A stretch of 64,000 nucleotides of DNA from Kiritimatiellia bacterium (GTDB lineage: Bacteria; Verrucomicrobiota; Kiritimatiellia; RFP12; UBA1067), in assembly GCA_050949565.1 (NCBI GenBank), contig JBMNFY010000007.1, positions 96,001 through 160,000 on the forward strand, in the 5' to 3' direction. The notes under the pieces were generated by a model. That model made no database searches, was not told the origin of the DNA, and was given only the letters and a program-made list of their open reading frames with translations. Shown here in pieces: positions 16,967 through 26,880 of this stretch (position 1 is the first letter of the stretch; every line of letters begins with the position of its first letter). The position numbers and the translations under genes were made by a program.

Positions 16967-19657
16967 TTATTTTTTGTTCGTGATCCGGCACGCTCCGCCG
17001 GTGGTTGTGAAAGAGAGTGTATGGTTGCCGGCGGCGCAGTTGGCTGTTGTCTTGCCTTGCGGTCCGGCGATGTGCCAAGTGCCTGCGGCGAGACCGGCCA
17101 GCACAACCTCGTAGCGTGTGCCGTCCGAAGGCACTAAGATGTCAAGAGTGCCGTCGAACAGTTTGCCGCCGTGTGACAGGCAGACGATCCGGTCGGCGAT
17201 ACGGAGGATCATGTGGTCGGCGGTCTCGGAGAGCGTGTGCGGCAGGGGCGTTGCGGCATCGTCATGCGCCTGCATCAGGACGAGGAAGGTGTCGTGCGCT
17301 CGCGCTTGTTGAGGCGAAACGAGTACGCGGTGGCCGTTGGCCTCGGGCCGGGCGGGGAAGGGCGGCGTGACTCGGTAGCCGAACACATCGTAAACATCGG
17401 CACCGCTCTTGATCTCGATGGTCTGGTCGTTCGACGCGGGACGCAGCACGCAGACATCGACGCGGCCCGTCACGTTGTTCACCGCGTTGTGAAACTGGAC
17501 GCCGCGCGGCGTACGGCGCGGCGGATTCAGTGTGTTGACCTGCCAGTATTTCTTGAAACTGGGATCGGCGGTACGGATGTCATCCAACACGATCACACAT
17601 GCGGGATGACTGGGCTTACCAAGGTTGAGGAAGCAAAACGAGCGTGTGAATGAGGCGACCTTGTCGCTATAGGCGGCGGTCAGGTCGGCGGCGTAGTAGC
17701 TGTACGAAGGGCGCAGAGCATCGGGGCCGAAACCGCATGCGAGTTTGCGTCCGTAGTGAAAGAGGGGAGTCTCCTGAAGGTGCTTAGGTGTACGCGGAGC
17801 GCTTTGGATAAAGCGCGAACCGCCGTCGTTGGCCGGCCTATTGAGAAACTTCTCGTTGGGATCGAGCACCAGCAGCATGCTGTGCGCGATGGAGCGCTTG
17901 TTGAAATTCATGTCGTACGGGGTGCCGTAAAATCCGTATTGGCCGAGATCTGCGACCTGTAGGCCGCGATAGTAGAGCTGGATCGCGCCGACGTCCGCAT
18001 GCTGATGGTTGCCGAAGTGATAGCCGCCGCCCTTGATCTCCGCGACGACCGTGTTGTTGATGTTGCTGTCGATGTTCCAGTCTGTGCGGGCGATCATGCT
18101 GCTCAGCACCGGGCCGAAGTCAATAGTGGTCGGGAGGGTCTCGAATCCCTGCACAGGCTGGAGTGTGGGGTCGTTGAGCAGTAGGTAGAGCAGGGGATCG
18201 GCCTTGCCGCCCTGTCGTTGGAACTCGCCTTTAAGAATCGGGTCGCCGTTGTAGGCGTAACAGAGCAGGGCAGTCTGCGCGAAGCTGTAACGTCCGGACG
18301 GAACACCATCGCCGTCACGCAGCATCTCCAAGTTCGGCAGCCGCATATTGAGCCAATAGAGCGGCACGGTTTTGATGTTGGGGTCAAACACTTCTTTTCC
18401 GGACATGCGGAGGAAGAGCCAGGCCGCGTGCATTTCCCATCCAAAGCGGTAGGTCGCGTAACTGACACCTTGATTGTGGCGTGGCGACTGATACTCGAAA
18501 CGCCGCATCGGGACGAGTTCTTCGAGGACGCGGTAGGCGCAGTAGCGGTAGGGCACGGGGTCTTCGTCATATAGCGCGATGCCCATGGCAAGGAGGTCGC
18601 GATTGATCATGGCCTCATTGCCGTGTCCATTGACGATCAGCCCCTTGAAGGGGGGCCAGCCGCACTCCATCTCTTCGGCGAGACGCATCATGTGGCGACG
18701 CAGGATCGCACGGTCGGCGGGCGTGCAGAGTGCGTAGCACCAGTCATAAACGAGGGCGGCGGTGTAGATCGCGGCGCCGGTTTCACGCGTGATATCAAGC
18801 AGATTGCCGAAAGAGACGCGCGACAGATACTCGCGCATCAAACGGACTGCCTCAAGGCCGTGCTGTTTGTCGTCGGTCATCAACCAGACGAACGCCTTCG
18901 CAGCCACGGCGCGTTCAAGCGCCGTGTTGTAGGACATTTCCGCATCATCCGGGAAGGAGACCTTCAGGGGTTTGGTCGCCAGTCCACGGACAGAGCGCCA
19001 CTGTGCCGCATGCTCCGGATGAGCAAGACGGGCGCGGACATTCGCGAGCGTGTTGCTGGTGACCCACAGGCGCGGATGGCCGGAAGGCGGCTGTACGGGG
19101 GGACGATACGCGGCGGCCTCTTTCGGTACGGCCGGCGCACGGTAGGGGTGCACTTCAAGCCGGTCAAGCCGTACATGGGGCGGCAACCAGAACTTGATTG
19201 ATTGCGTACCGTTGGTCAGGTCGAAAATGCCGAGGACTTGGGTGCAGAGTTCCGGTGCGCTCCACGGGACAAAAACGACGCGCCGCGTGGGGCGTCGCGC
19301 GTCGATTTGGATATCGGCGAATAACGAGTGATGCTTGCTTGAGGCACGGCGCATTTGTTCGGCACCGGCATCGTCCACGGCGGCGTAGGTGCGCAGAACG
19401 AAACGTCCAGCGGTCGGTTCGTTGATGGAAAAGATGAGGTCCGGAGGCGTATCGTTTGTCGGGCCGACGGCGGGCATACCGTCTTTGAGCGCGACGCCTC
19501 GTCCATCTTTAAACGAGGCCTGCTCCACGATTTCAGCACGTTTTGGGTTGATGTGGGCAGACTCCGCCTGATAGACCAGCGTGCGCTTCGCCGGTGCAGC
19601 GACAAGTGCACAGGGAAATCCGAGGAGCGGAATAATAAGGAGGGTTATTTTTCTCAT
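16967..19657 (-). CDS. Secreted heparinase II/III-like polysaccharide lyase (PL21-like)
   Basis: Signal peptide; GHPRLW; helical region with GHGNE; GNHQHADVGAIQLYYRG; NDGG. Confidence 0.8.
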   Translation of the reverse strand: MRKITLLIIPLLGFPCALVAAPAKRTLVYQAESAHINPKRAEIVEQASFKDGRGVALKDGMPAVGPTNDTPPDLIFSINEPTAGRFVLRTYAAVDDAGAEQMRRASSKHHSLFADIQIDARRPTRRVVFVPWSAPELCTQVLGIFDLTNGTQSIKFWLPPHVRLDRLEVHPYRAPAVPKEAAAYRPPVQPPSGHPRLWVTSNTLANVRARLAHPEHAAQWRSVRGLATKPLKVSFPDDAEMSYNTALERAVAAKAFVWLMTDDKQHGLEAVRLMREYLSRVSFGNLLDITRETGAAIYTAALVYDWCYALCTPADRAILRRHMMRLAEEMECGWPPFKGLIVNGHGNEAMINRDLLAMGIALYDEDPVPYRYCAYRVLEELVPMRRFEYQSPRHNQGVSYATYRFGWEMHAAWLFLRMSGKEVFDPNIKTVPLYWLNMRLPNLEMLRDGDGVPSGRYSFAQTALLCYAYNGDPILKGEFQRQGGKADPLLYLLLNDPTLQPVQGFETLPTTIDFGPVLSSMIARTDWNIDSNINNTVVAEIKGGGYHFGNHQHADVGAIQLYYRGLQVADLGQYGFYGTPYDMNFNKRSIAHSMLLVLDPNEKFLNRPANDGGSRFIQSAPRTPKHLQETPLFHYGRKLACGFGPDALRPSYSYYAADLTAAYSDKVASFTRSFCFLNLGKPSHPACVIVLDDIRTADPSFKKYWQVNTLNPPRRTPRGVQFHNAVNNVTGRVDVCVLRPASNDQTIEIKSGADVYDVFGYRVTPPFPARPEANGHRVLVSPQQARAHDTFLVLMQAHDDAATPLPHTLSETADHMILRIADRIVCLSHGGKLFDGTLDILVPSDGTRYEVVLAGLAAGTWHIAGPQGKTTANCAAGNHTLSFTTTGGACRITNKK

Positions 19658-19851
19658 GGATCGTCAAAAGTTGGTGACGGCCGTCAAGGCCCAACGTGGG
19701 TGACAAGCATTGCTGGAATCGACATACAGGAGTATGGTACGGTCACTCGGTCTCAAAGGCAAGCCGAGAGAGTGTGAATAACGAATGGCACGAATGCGCA
19801 TAACGGGGCATGGGTGTGCGGTTTTTTCATGTGAATAGAAGTGAGTTGTGA

Positions 19852-19880
19852 TTGACAATCGCGGTCGCTTGTACTAAATT
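19852..19880 (+). promoter_or_regulatory. Sigma70-type promoter of tRNA-Val
   Basis: TTGACA, 17-nt spacer, TAAATT. Confidence 0.7.
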
Positions 19881-19904
19881 GCTCCCCGTTTTCACGCCCT
19901 ATAC

Positions 19905-19981
19905 GGGGGATTAGCTCAGTTGGTTAGAGCACTTGCTTGACATGCAAGGGGTCGGTGGTTCGAGTCCACTATCTCCCACCA
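19905..19981 (+). tRNA. tRNA-Val(GAC)
   Basis: Acceptor stem GGGGGAT/ATCTCCC, anticodon arm CTTGC-TTGACAT-GCAAG, GGTTCGAGTCC T arm, encoded CCA. Confidence 0.97.
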
Positions 19982-19987
19982 GATTTC

Positions 19988-20017
19988 GACCCCGTTTTTT
20001 GCAAAACGGGGTTTTTT
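19988..20017 (+). terminator. Intrinsic terminator after the tRNA
   Basis: ACCCCGTTTT...AAAACGGGGT hairpin followed by a T-run. Confidence 0.75.
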
Positions 20018-20035
20018 GTTAAAGGAGAGAACTGA

Positions 20036-20701
20036 ATGAAGACGCTGATATTCCTCATGACCTTGTTATGCAGCCTGCATGTTGTCGCGGATGCGATGAC
20101 CGTGAAAGAGGTGCCGGTGACGCCCACGCAGACCGTTAGTCTGTTCAACGGCACTGATTTTTCCGGCTGGACCAAAGTGATCACCGCAGAGCCGGGTAGC
20201 GATCCGGACAAGACGTGGACGGTCGCAGACGGCGTCATCCGCTGCACGGGAAAGCCGTTCGGCTATCTAATGACACAGCAGAGTTACGCTAACTTCACCT
20301 TGAAACTTGAGTACCGCTGGTACGCGCAGTCCGAACAGATGAACAGTGGTATCTTTGTTTTGAAAACGGGGCCGGATAATTTCTTTTTGCCCAAAGCGAT
20401 TGAGGCCCAGCTTAAGAAAGGTAGCGCCGGTGATTTCGTGTTGCTTTCTCAAGCCACGATGAACGGTCTGGAAAACCCCAGAATCAAGTCTGTCAAAAAA
20501 ATGGCAGAGTCCTCGGAAAAGCCTGATGGCGAGTGGAACAGCGTCGAGATCGTCGTGAAAGCGAATACCGTCACGGTGAGCGTCAACGGAGTGTTGCAAA
20601 ACAAGGGCACCGCGGCCTACACCGATGCCGGTGCTATCTGCCTCCAGAGCGAAGGCGGTCCGATTGAGTTCCGTAACATCACCATCGGCCCTGCGAAATA
20701 A
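20036..20701 (+). CDS. DUF1080 (3-keto-disaccharide hydrolase-like) secreted protein
   Basis: SLFNGTDFSGW, NSGIF, GEWNSVEI, LQSEGGPIEFRNI. Confidence 0.9.
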   Translation: MKTLIFLMTLLCSLHVVADAMTVKEVPVTPTQTVSLFNGTDFSGWTKVITAEPGSDPDKTWTVADGVIRCTGKPFGYLMTQQSYANFTLKLEYRWYAQSEQMNSGIFVLKTGPDNFFLPKAIEAQLKKGSAGDFVLLSQATMNGLENPRIKSVKKMAESSEKPDGEWNSVEIVVKANTVTVSVNGVLQNKGTAAYTDAGAICLQSEGGPIEFRNITIGPAK

Positions 20702-20911
20702 GCGCGCCGGATGCACGTCCAGAGCTGACGCGCATCCAAAGTGAGAAAGAAGAGAGAAGAGTTTGCTGGAACCGGCTTGTTGCTGGTTGTGGCAAACTCT
20801 TTTTTCATTTGTTCTGAGAGGACGTTGAGATTCACAACTTCTTTTTCGATCGTTCTTGTCTGTCTGGGGACACTCGCCTATAATTGACAAACACAATTGG
20901 AGATTTCAGAA

Positions 20912-21916
20912 ATGTTGAATTGGCCCCCTGAATTGTATGGACGCTCGCTTTTGCGGATAGCGGACCTGACTGATACGGAAATGCTGGACTTGATTGACCT
21001 GGCGGTCGCGCTGAAGGCGCGGCGGCGCGCAGGCACCCGCGGCGATCTGCTCAAGCGACGTCAAGTCGCACTGATTTTTGAGAAAAGCTCTACGCGCACG
21101 CGCAACTCCGCGGCGGTGGCGATCCGTGACGAGGGCGGTTCGACGGAGTATCTGACCAAAAATGACATCCATCTGGGGGTCAAAGAGTCGGTCAAGGATA
21201 CCGCCCGCGTGTTGGGCCGGATTTTTGACGGCATCCTGTTCCGCGGCTTCTCGCAGGAGACGGTTGCCGCGTTGGCGCGTTACTCGGGCGTGCCGGTCTG
21301 GAATGGCCTGACCGACCTGTTTCACCCGACGCAGATCCTTGCGGATTTGATGACGATCAAAGAGGCCTTCGGGCGGCTCAAGGGCATCAAGCTGGCATAT
21401 GTGGGCGACGGGCGCAACAATGTGGCGAATTCACTGATGATCGGTTGCGCCAAAGCCGGCGTCCACTATGTGAACTGCACGCCGTCCGAATTGTCGCCCG
21501 ATCCGGTGCTGGTCAAGGAGGCGTCCGAGGTGGCCGCACGTAATGGGGTGACGCTGGAGATCGTCAACGATCCCAAGCGGGGCGTGGCCGGTGCCAACGT
21601 CCTCTACACGGATGTGTGGGTCTCGATGGGGGAGGAGGCGAAGCAGGAGGCGCGGCTGCGCCTGTTGCGCCCCTATCAGGTGAACATGGAGCTGGTCGAG
21701 GCGACCGGTAATGCGGGCGGCGAGTTGATCTTTCTCCACTGCCTGCCGGCTCTTCATGATCATGATACCGCAATAACGGCCGAGAGCGGGGCACTGGAAG
21801 TGACCGACGAGGTTTTTGAGGCGCCTTTCTCTAAAGTGTTTGACGAGGCTGAAAACCGCATGCACACGATCAAGGCGTTGTATGTGTCGGCAATGGCTGA
21901 TCTGTCCGCCCTGTGA
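20912..21916 (+). CDS. argF: Ornithine carbamoyltransferase
   Basis: KSSTRTR, HPTQ, DVWVSMG, FLHCLP, AENRMH. Confidence 0.92.
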   Translation: MLNWPPELYGRSLLRIADLTDTEMLDLIDLAVALKARRRAGTRGDLLKRRQVALIFEKSSTRTRNSAAVAIRDEGGSTEYLTKNDIHLGVKESVKDTARVLGRIFDGILFRGFSQETVAALARYSGVPVWNGLTDLFHPTQILADLMTIKEAFGRLKGIKLAYVGDGRNNVANSLMIGCAKAGVHYVNCTPSELSPDPVLVKEASEVAARNGVTLEIVNDPKRGVAGANVLYTDVWVSMGEEAKQEARLRLLRPYQVNMELVEATGNAGGELIFLHCLPALHDHDTAITAESGALEVTDEVFEAPFSKVFDEAENRMHTIKALYVSAMADLSAL

Positions 21917-21942
21917 TGCGGCAATTCGGAATGGGAGGAAAT

Positions 21943-23025
21943 ATGGCTAAAAAACTGTTCAATATCGCATGGGAAGAGTTCAGCGCGTTGCCGCTGGTGG
22001 AAAAAACCCCTTATTTGATGCAGCCGGACGGCTCGCCGTATCACACGCTGTTCGCGCAGCAGTTTGACAGCGTGCTGCTTGATAAACTCGCGGCACTGGC
22101 GAACGAGATCCGCGCGATTGCCAAGACCCGCATCGGAGCGGAATACCTGCGCCAACAGGTCACGCACAAGCGGGCCATGCTCTATTTTTCACAGCCCAGC
22201 TCGCGTACTTTCCTCTCGTTTGTTTCCGCCTGCCAGATTCTGGGCGTGCCGGTCGGCGAGGTGCGTGATACCTCCATCTCGTCGGAGTTCAAGGGGGAGT
22301 CGCGCGAGGATTCGGTGCGCACCTTCAGCTCTTACTTCGACTTGATTATCATGCGCACGCCGGAGAAGGGATTGGCCGAGCACATGGCCTGGGTCATCTC
22401 CAACTCCGACCGCCCCATCCCGATCATCAACGCGGGGTCGGGCAAAGACCAGCACCCGACCCAGGCGCTGCTCGACATCTACACCCTGCTGCGCAGCTTT
22501 GATCGCGGCGGCGGGCTGCACGACAAGACGGTGGTCTTTTGCGGCGATCTGTTGCGCGGCCGGACGGTGCGCTCGCTGTCGTACCTGCTGACCAACTATC
22601 CCCGCATCCGGCAGATTTTTGTGGCGCCTGATCCGCTCCAGATCGACACCGATGTTTTGGATATCCTTCGCGAGAAGGGCGTGGAATTTGTGCAAACCGA
22701 CAATTTCCGTTCGGTGATCCCTGAAGCCGACGCGGTCTACATGACGCGCATGCAGGATGAGTGGGACAACTACAAAAATGAAAGCGCGGCGATCGATACC
22801 AGCCATTTCAAGTTCGGATTGGAAGAGCTGGCATTGCTGCCGCCCCGCGCCATCATCATGCACCCGCTGCCGCGCCGCGATGAAATCGCGGTCGCAATAG
22901 ACGACGATCCGCGCGCCATGTACTGGCGGCAGATGCGCAACGGCATGTGGATCCGCACGGCGCTGATTGCCATGACCTTTGGCTGTGAAAGACGCATCCA
23001 CGACTATTACTGCCATAACAATTGA
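21943..23025 (+). CDS. pyrB: Aspartate carbamoyltransferase catalytic subunit
   Basis: PSSRTFLSF, KGES, HPTQALLD, GDLLRGRTVRSL, YMTRMQ, MHPLPR. Confidence 0.88.
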   Translation: MAKKLFNIAWEEFSALPLVEKTPYLMQPDGSPYHTLFAQQFDSVLLDKLAALANEIRAIAKTRIGAEYLRQQVTHKRAMLYFSQPSSRTFLSFVSACQILGVPVGEVRDTSISSEFKGESREDSVRTFSSYFDLIIMRTPEKGLAEHMAWVISNSDRPIPIINAGSGKDQHPTQALLDIYTLLRSFDRGGGLHDKTVVFCGDLLRGRTVRSLSYLLTNYPRIRQIFVAPDPLQIDTDVLDILREKGVEFVQTDNFRSVIPEADAVYMTRMQDEWDNYKNESAAIDTSHFKFGLEELALLPPRAIIMHPLPRRDEIAVAIDDDPRAMYWRQMRNGMWIRTALIAMTFGCERRIHDYYCHNN

Positions 23026-24314
23026 TCGCTGATTTGCACACACCTTTCTGCTGTACTCGCGCTTTAGTCGCCGCGTTGGCGTGCGTAACGGCCCTAGCGG
23101 CGGGGGCGACCAATAGTGCGCCGGATCATGTGGTTCGACGCTTCCGGCTGGGTCCTTTTTTCGAGTACAGCGCCACCCGCGACGGCGCGACGTTCTGGGC
23201 GCTGCGGCCGTTCTATTCGAAAGTCCAAGACCCGGCCATCGACACGCGCGTCACCGATGTGGTCTGGCCGCTCGGTACTTTTCACCGTGACCGTGAGCAG
23301 TCCTGGTGGCGCTTTCTGCTGGCCTACGGGTCGGACGATGATGTCGCCTGCGACGCATCCGCATGGAAGTTCACACTGCTTCCTATCTGGTTCCAGGGGC
23401 GCAGCAAAGCGGGCGAGGATTACTGGGCGCTTTTCCCGATCCACGGTCACCTGCCGCACATGGCCTTGATGGATGACATCGACTTCACGCTGTTTCCGCT
23501 CTACTTCAATTACGAGGTCAACGGTGTCGAGCGGGTCTACACCCCCTGGCCGTTTTACTCGCGTCTGACGGAGAATCCGCATCTGCGCGAAGAGGGGATT
23601 TTCCCCATCTGGAGCAGCAAGATCAACACCAAGCGACAGGTAGAGCACCATTATGCGTTCTGGCCGTTCTGGACTTCGGCGGTCTACAGCGACGCGCGTA
23701 ATCCGGGTTCATCGTTCCTGCTCTTTCCGCTCTACGGTGAGGTCAACCGCACCAACGAGACACAGCGCCTAGTGCTACCGCCCTTCTTCTCCTATGCGCG
23801 TACCGATTCGGCGGAGCGCTGGCGTTTGCCCTGGCCTTTTTATGAGACGCATGAAGTCTGGGCGACCGCCACCACCAAGCCGGCGATGAAGCGTTCCTAC
23901 TGGCCGTTTTATGCGAGTGTTGTTGGCGAGGGCGATCGCCGCTGGTATGCGGCATGGCCGCTGTTGTGGTACTCAAGCTCCGAGAGCAAGAACCGCCGCG
24001 CCGAGCGTACTCGCTTCTTCCCGTTTTACGCACATGAGACCGTCCGCAATACCGACAAGGCCGGGAGAGAGTACGAGGCCGAGCACTACACGCGGCTCTG
24101 GCCCCTCTACTTGCGGGACGAGACGCCGGAGCGCACACGTTTGCGTGTGTTGGAGCTCAATCCGATCCGACACAGCGGCGGCATCGAGCGCAACTGGGCA
24201 CCCTTCTGGACGCTTTACGAATGCACTCGCACGCCGGACGGAACAGCGCGGCATGATCTGCTGTGGGGACTGGTGCAGTGGACGACCCGCGGACTTACGG
24301 TAGCGCCGCCTTGA
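23022..24314 (+). CDS. Exported hypothetical protein with Trp/Phe/Pro-rich repeats
   Basis: Signal-like N-terminus; many recurring (L/F)(W/F)P(F/L)(Y/W/F) units. Confidence 0.7.
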   Translation: MIADLHTPFCCTRALVAALACVTALAAGATNSAPDHVVRRFRLGPFFEYSATRDGATFWALRPFYSKVQDPAIDTRVTDVVWPLGTFHRDREQSWWRFLLAYGSDDDVACDASAWKFTLLPIWFQGRSKAGEDYWALFPIHGHLPHMALMDDIDFTLFPLYFNYEVNGVERVYTPWPFYSRLTENPHLREEGIFPIWSSKINTKRQVEHHYAFWPFWTSAVYSDARNPGSSFLLFPLYGEVNRTNETQRLVLPPFFSYARTDSAERWRLPWPFYETHEVWATATTKPAMKRSYWPFYASVVGEGDRRWYAAWPLLWYSSSESKNRRAERTRFFPFYAHETVRNTDKAGREYEAEHYTRLWPLYLRDETPERTRLRVLELNPIRHSGGIERNWAPFWTLYECTRTPDGTARHDLLWGLVQWTTRGLTVAPP

Positions 24315-25848
24315 GGCGGAAGAAGCCACGTTGCGCGGCGTCGGGTGCGTCGCGGCGGAACCGCGCCGCACCCTCTGGCGTACCCTCAGTCACCGGCACG
24401 GCGTTGACCCACTGCGGGGTGCCGGTCAGCGCGCCGGTTGTCTCAACCCACACGTTGACAAAACCGACGGCGTCGGGATCTTTCACGGCGGTCTCCGCAA
24501 CGGGCCCTGTCGGCGTGTGGCGAATCGTCAGGAGCGCGCCGTCCACACGGTTGGTTCCGAACGCATAATCGAGACCATTGGGGATACCGTCGTTGTTGTG
24601 GTCACGAGCGAACTGGTCATTGACGTCGATGGGCAGGTCGCGCCGGTGCAGCCAAAGTTCGAAACCGTAATAGTCGATAATGGCAGGGTTGTGTTCATAC
24701 GCGCCCATGTCGACCGCCGCGCCCTGAACGCGCGTGTTGCCATTCAGGTCCGGACCGGCTGGCGCGGAGGCTGTCGATCCGGCATTCGTGCAGGGCGAGT
24801 GGGAGAGTAACGAATAATCGTACGCGTTCCGATCCCGGAAACGCGGATAGGCGGCGATGTTGCCTGGGCCGGGCGCGAGCGGTTCGGCGCAGCTCCAGGC
24901 GAGCGTTGAGGCCGCGTCGTAGTTTTTCCCAATCGACGCATGGTTGTCGTACAAGATTGAGTTGGTCACGCTCGCGCCGCAAACGCCTCCGCCTTGGTGG
25001 CCGGCGGTGTTCCCGACGAGTGTGCAGTTGACCGCCGTGCCACCGTAGAGCGCGGCGCCGCTCTGGTTGGCGGTGTTCTGCATCAGCAGTGTGTTGGCCA
25101 GATCGGCTTGAGAGGCACCGCCGCCAAAGACAGCCCGGTTGCCGTTGAACAGGCAGCGCGTTGCCCGTCCATGCAAGAGTCCGCCGCCTTGTTCCAACGC
25201 CTGGTTCTCTTCGAAGACGCAATCCTCAAGCACGGCATACGCCGCCGCACCGCCCTTGTCCGCGCTGTTGCCGAAGAATGTGCAGTTGCGGTAGAGCCCG
25301 CGCATCGCGCCGCCGCCCTGCTGCGACGCGGTGTTGCCGCTGATGATGGAGTGGTCAACCGTGAGGCTGGCATCTGCACCCGGCATGCAGTACAGCCCGC
25401 CGCCATTGGCGGCTGAGTTCCCGGAAACCACGCAGTTCGAGACGATCACACGTCCTTCCCCAACGAAAATCGCACCGCCTGAACCGTCCGTCACGCCGTT
25501 GCTCAGTGTGAGGTTCAGGAAAACGACAGGAAGCGTGACGCCATATTCTACAGGAATGGAGACTGAGGCAATCCGCGTGTCACCTGCCGGTTGAATGATC
25601 GTGTCCAACGCACCGGCACCCTGCAACGTGACGGCGTAGTTGATCGTCAACTCCGGTTCTTCGAAGACACCTGACGTGAGCGCGAGAGTCTGGCCGTCGG
25701 CATTCACCGCTGCAAGGGCTTCAGCCAACGTGGCATGAACGGCATGCGTGGTGGTGTTGGAGACGCTCGTCGCGGCGTTCAGCCAACCGGCAAGCATGCA
25801 CACGCCGGAAATCAGCAGGCTGGTGATGGTTTTGATTCGGTTATTCAT
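24295..25848 (-). CDS. Secreted beta-helix repeat protein (choice-of-anchor Q-like)
   Basis: Repeated GNxA..GGG; SPCTNAG...DLNGNTRVQGAAVDMGAYE; C-terminal GFFRLK. Confidence 0.8.
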   Translation of the reverse strand: MNNRIKTITSLLISGVCMLAGWLNAATSVSNTTTHAVHATLAEALAAVNADGQTLALTSGVFEEPELTINYAVTLQGAGALDTIIQPAGDTRIASVSIPVEYGVTLPVVFLNLTLSNGVTDGSGGAIFVGEGRVIVSNCVVSGNSAANGGGLYCMPGADASLTVDHSIISGNTASQQGGGAMRGLYRNCTFFGNSADKGGAAAYAVLEDCVFEENQALEQGGGLLHGRATRCLFNGNRAVFGGGASQADLANTLLMQNTANQSGAALYGGTAVNCTLVGNTAGHQGGGVCGASVTNSILYDNHASIGKNYDAASTLAWSCAEPLAPGPGNIAAYPRFRDRNAYDYSLLSHSPCTNAGSTASAPAGPDLNGNTRVQGAAVDMGAYEHNPAIIDYYGFELWLHRRDLPIDVNDQFARDHNNDGIPNGLDYAFGTNRVDGALLTIRHTPTGPVAETAVKDPDAVGFVNVWVETTGALTGTPQWVNAVPVTEGTPEGAARFRRDAPDAAQRGFFRLKAALP

Positions 25849-25868
25849 GTCGGTTCTTCCTTTACAAC

Positions 25869-26873
25869 TCACATCTGTGCCGGGGCGGCCGAGGCACGGA
25901 TCGGCACCTCGATGATCCGGCAGATCGGATGGTCGGTTGTGATGCGCACCATGGCACCATGGAGCGATTCGGCTAATGCGTTTGAGGTCACATGGATGCG
26001 GGGGCGTTCCTCTGCAGGATCAAGGGTGACGCGGATGCGCGCGTCGGTGGCGTTCACTTGCGTGACGCGGAAAGCGATGCGGTGCGCCGAAAACAGTGTG
26101 AGCGAGGCGTCCAGTCCGACACCGCGCCGGGCGGCGATCACGGAGGGCTGAGCCTCAATGAGCGGGGCGGCGAGGCCTTGGTAGGGGATCTGCACCTGCG
26201 GCATCTCTGGCAGGTCGGTGGTGGCAATCGCAAAACCTGAAAACGCGCCGATGCGTAGCGGCACCGGCAGGGTCAAATGGATAAGATGGCGCGGGCTCGC
26301 GGTGTCGGCTTGGTAATCGGCACGCGCGTCGGCACGATCAAGCCCGACGTTGTGGATGCGGAAAGCGTGTGCCTGACCGGCGGCGAGTTCCACCGTTCCG
26401 GTCGCCGTGCCGCCCGGTACCTGCACACCGAGGTCAAGGCTGTCCGGGTAGCGCATCACCGGCGTGAGAATTGTCCCTTGCACGGTGAACGTCAGCGTCC
26501 GTGTGCCATCAGGCGCATCGGGCGTGCGGTAGACAAGATGCACGGCTCGCCGCTGCGCACCTGAGCGACCTTGAAACATGAGATGAACCGGCAGCGCCAG
26601 CGCCTCGCCGGGCCGTATGGTTTTGCGTTCCAACTCAGCCGTGAGACAATCGCAGGAGGTGCTCACGGCTAAGACCTCAACGGTTTCAGTGCTCGTGTTC
26701 TCCACGTCAAAGGTGTGCGAAGCGCTCTGTTCGCTTGCGGGCAGGGTGCCGAAATCGAAGCAGGGCTGTGCGCATGTGAGCAATGCCTGCCGGATGTCGT
26801 CACACCGGCCACCGACGGTCGTCAGCAGACATAACGCGTATGCAGCAGCCCATCTGGAGCGTGGTTGGAACAT
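25869..26873 (-). CDS. DUF1573-domain protein
   Basis: FDFGT...HTFDVEN...VSTSCDCL...IRPGE. Confidence 0.75.
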   Translation of the reverse strand: MFQPRSRWAAAYALCLLTTVGGRCDDIRQALLTCAQPCFDFGTLPASEQSASHTFDVENTSTETVEVLAVSTSCDCLTAELERKTIRPGEALALPVHLMFQGRSGAQRRAVHLVYRTPDAPDGTRTLTFTVQGTILTPVMRYPDSLDLGVQVPGGTATGTVELAAGQAHAFRIHNVGLDRADARADYQADTASPRHLIHLTLPVPLRIGAFSGFAIATTDLPEMPQVQIPYQGLAAPLIEAQPSVIAARRGVGLDASLTLFSAHRIAFRVTQVNATDARIRVTLDPAEERPRIHVTSNALAESLHGAMVRITTDHPICRIIEVPIRASAAPAQM

Positions 26874-26880
26874 GTCGCGT

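Noticed and set aside
19905-19981. tRNA-Val as an integration site
   Set aside because: No duplicated tRNA 3' end or integrase seen in the window
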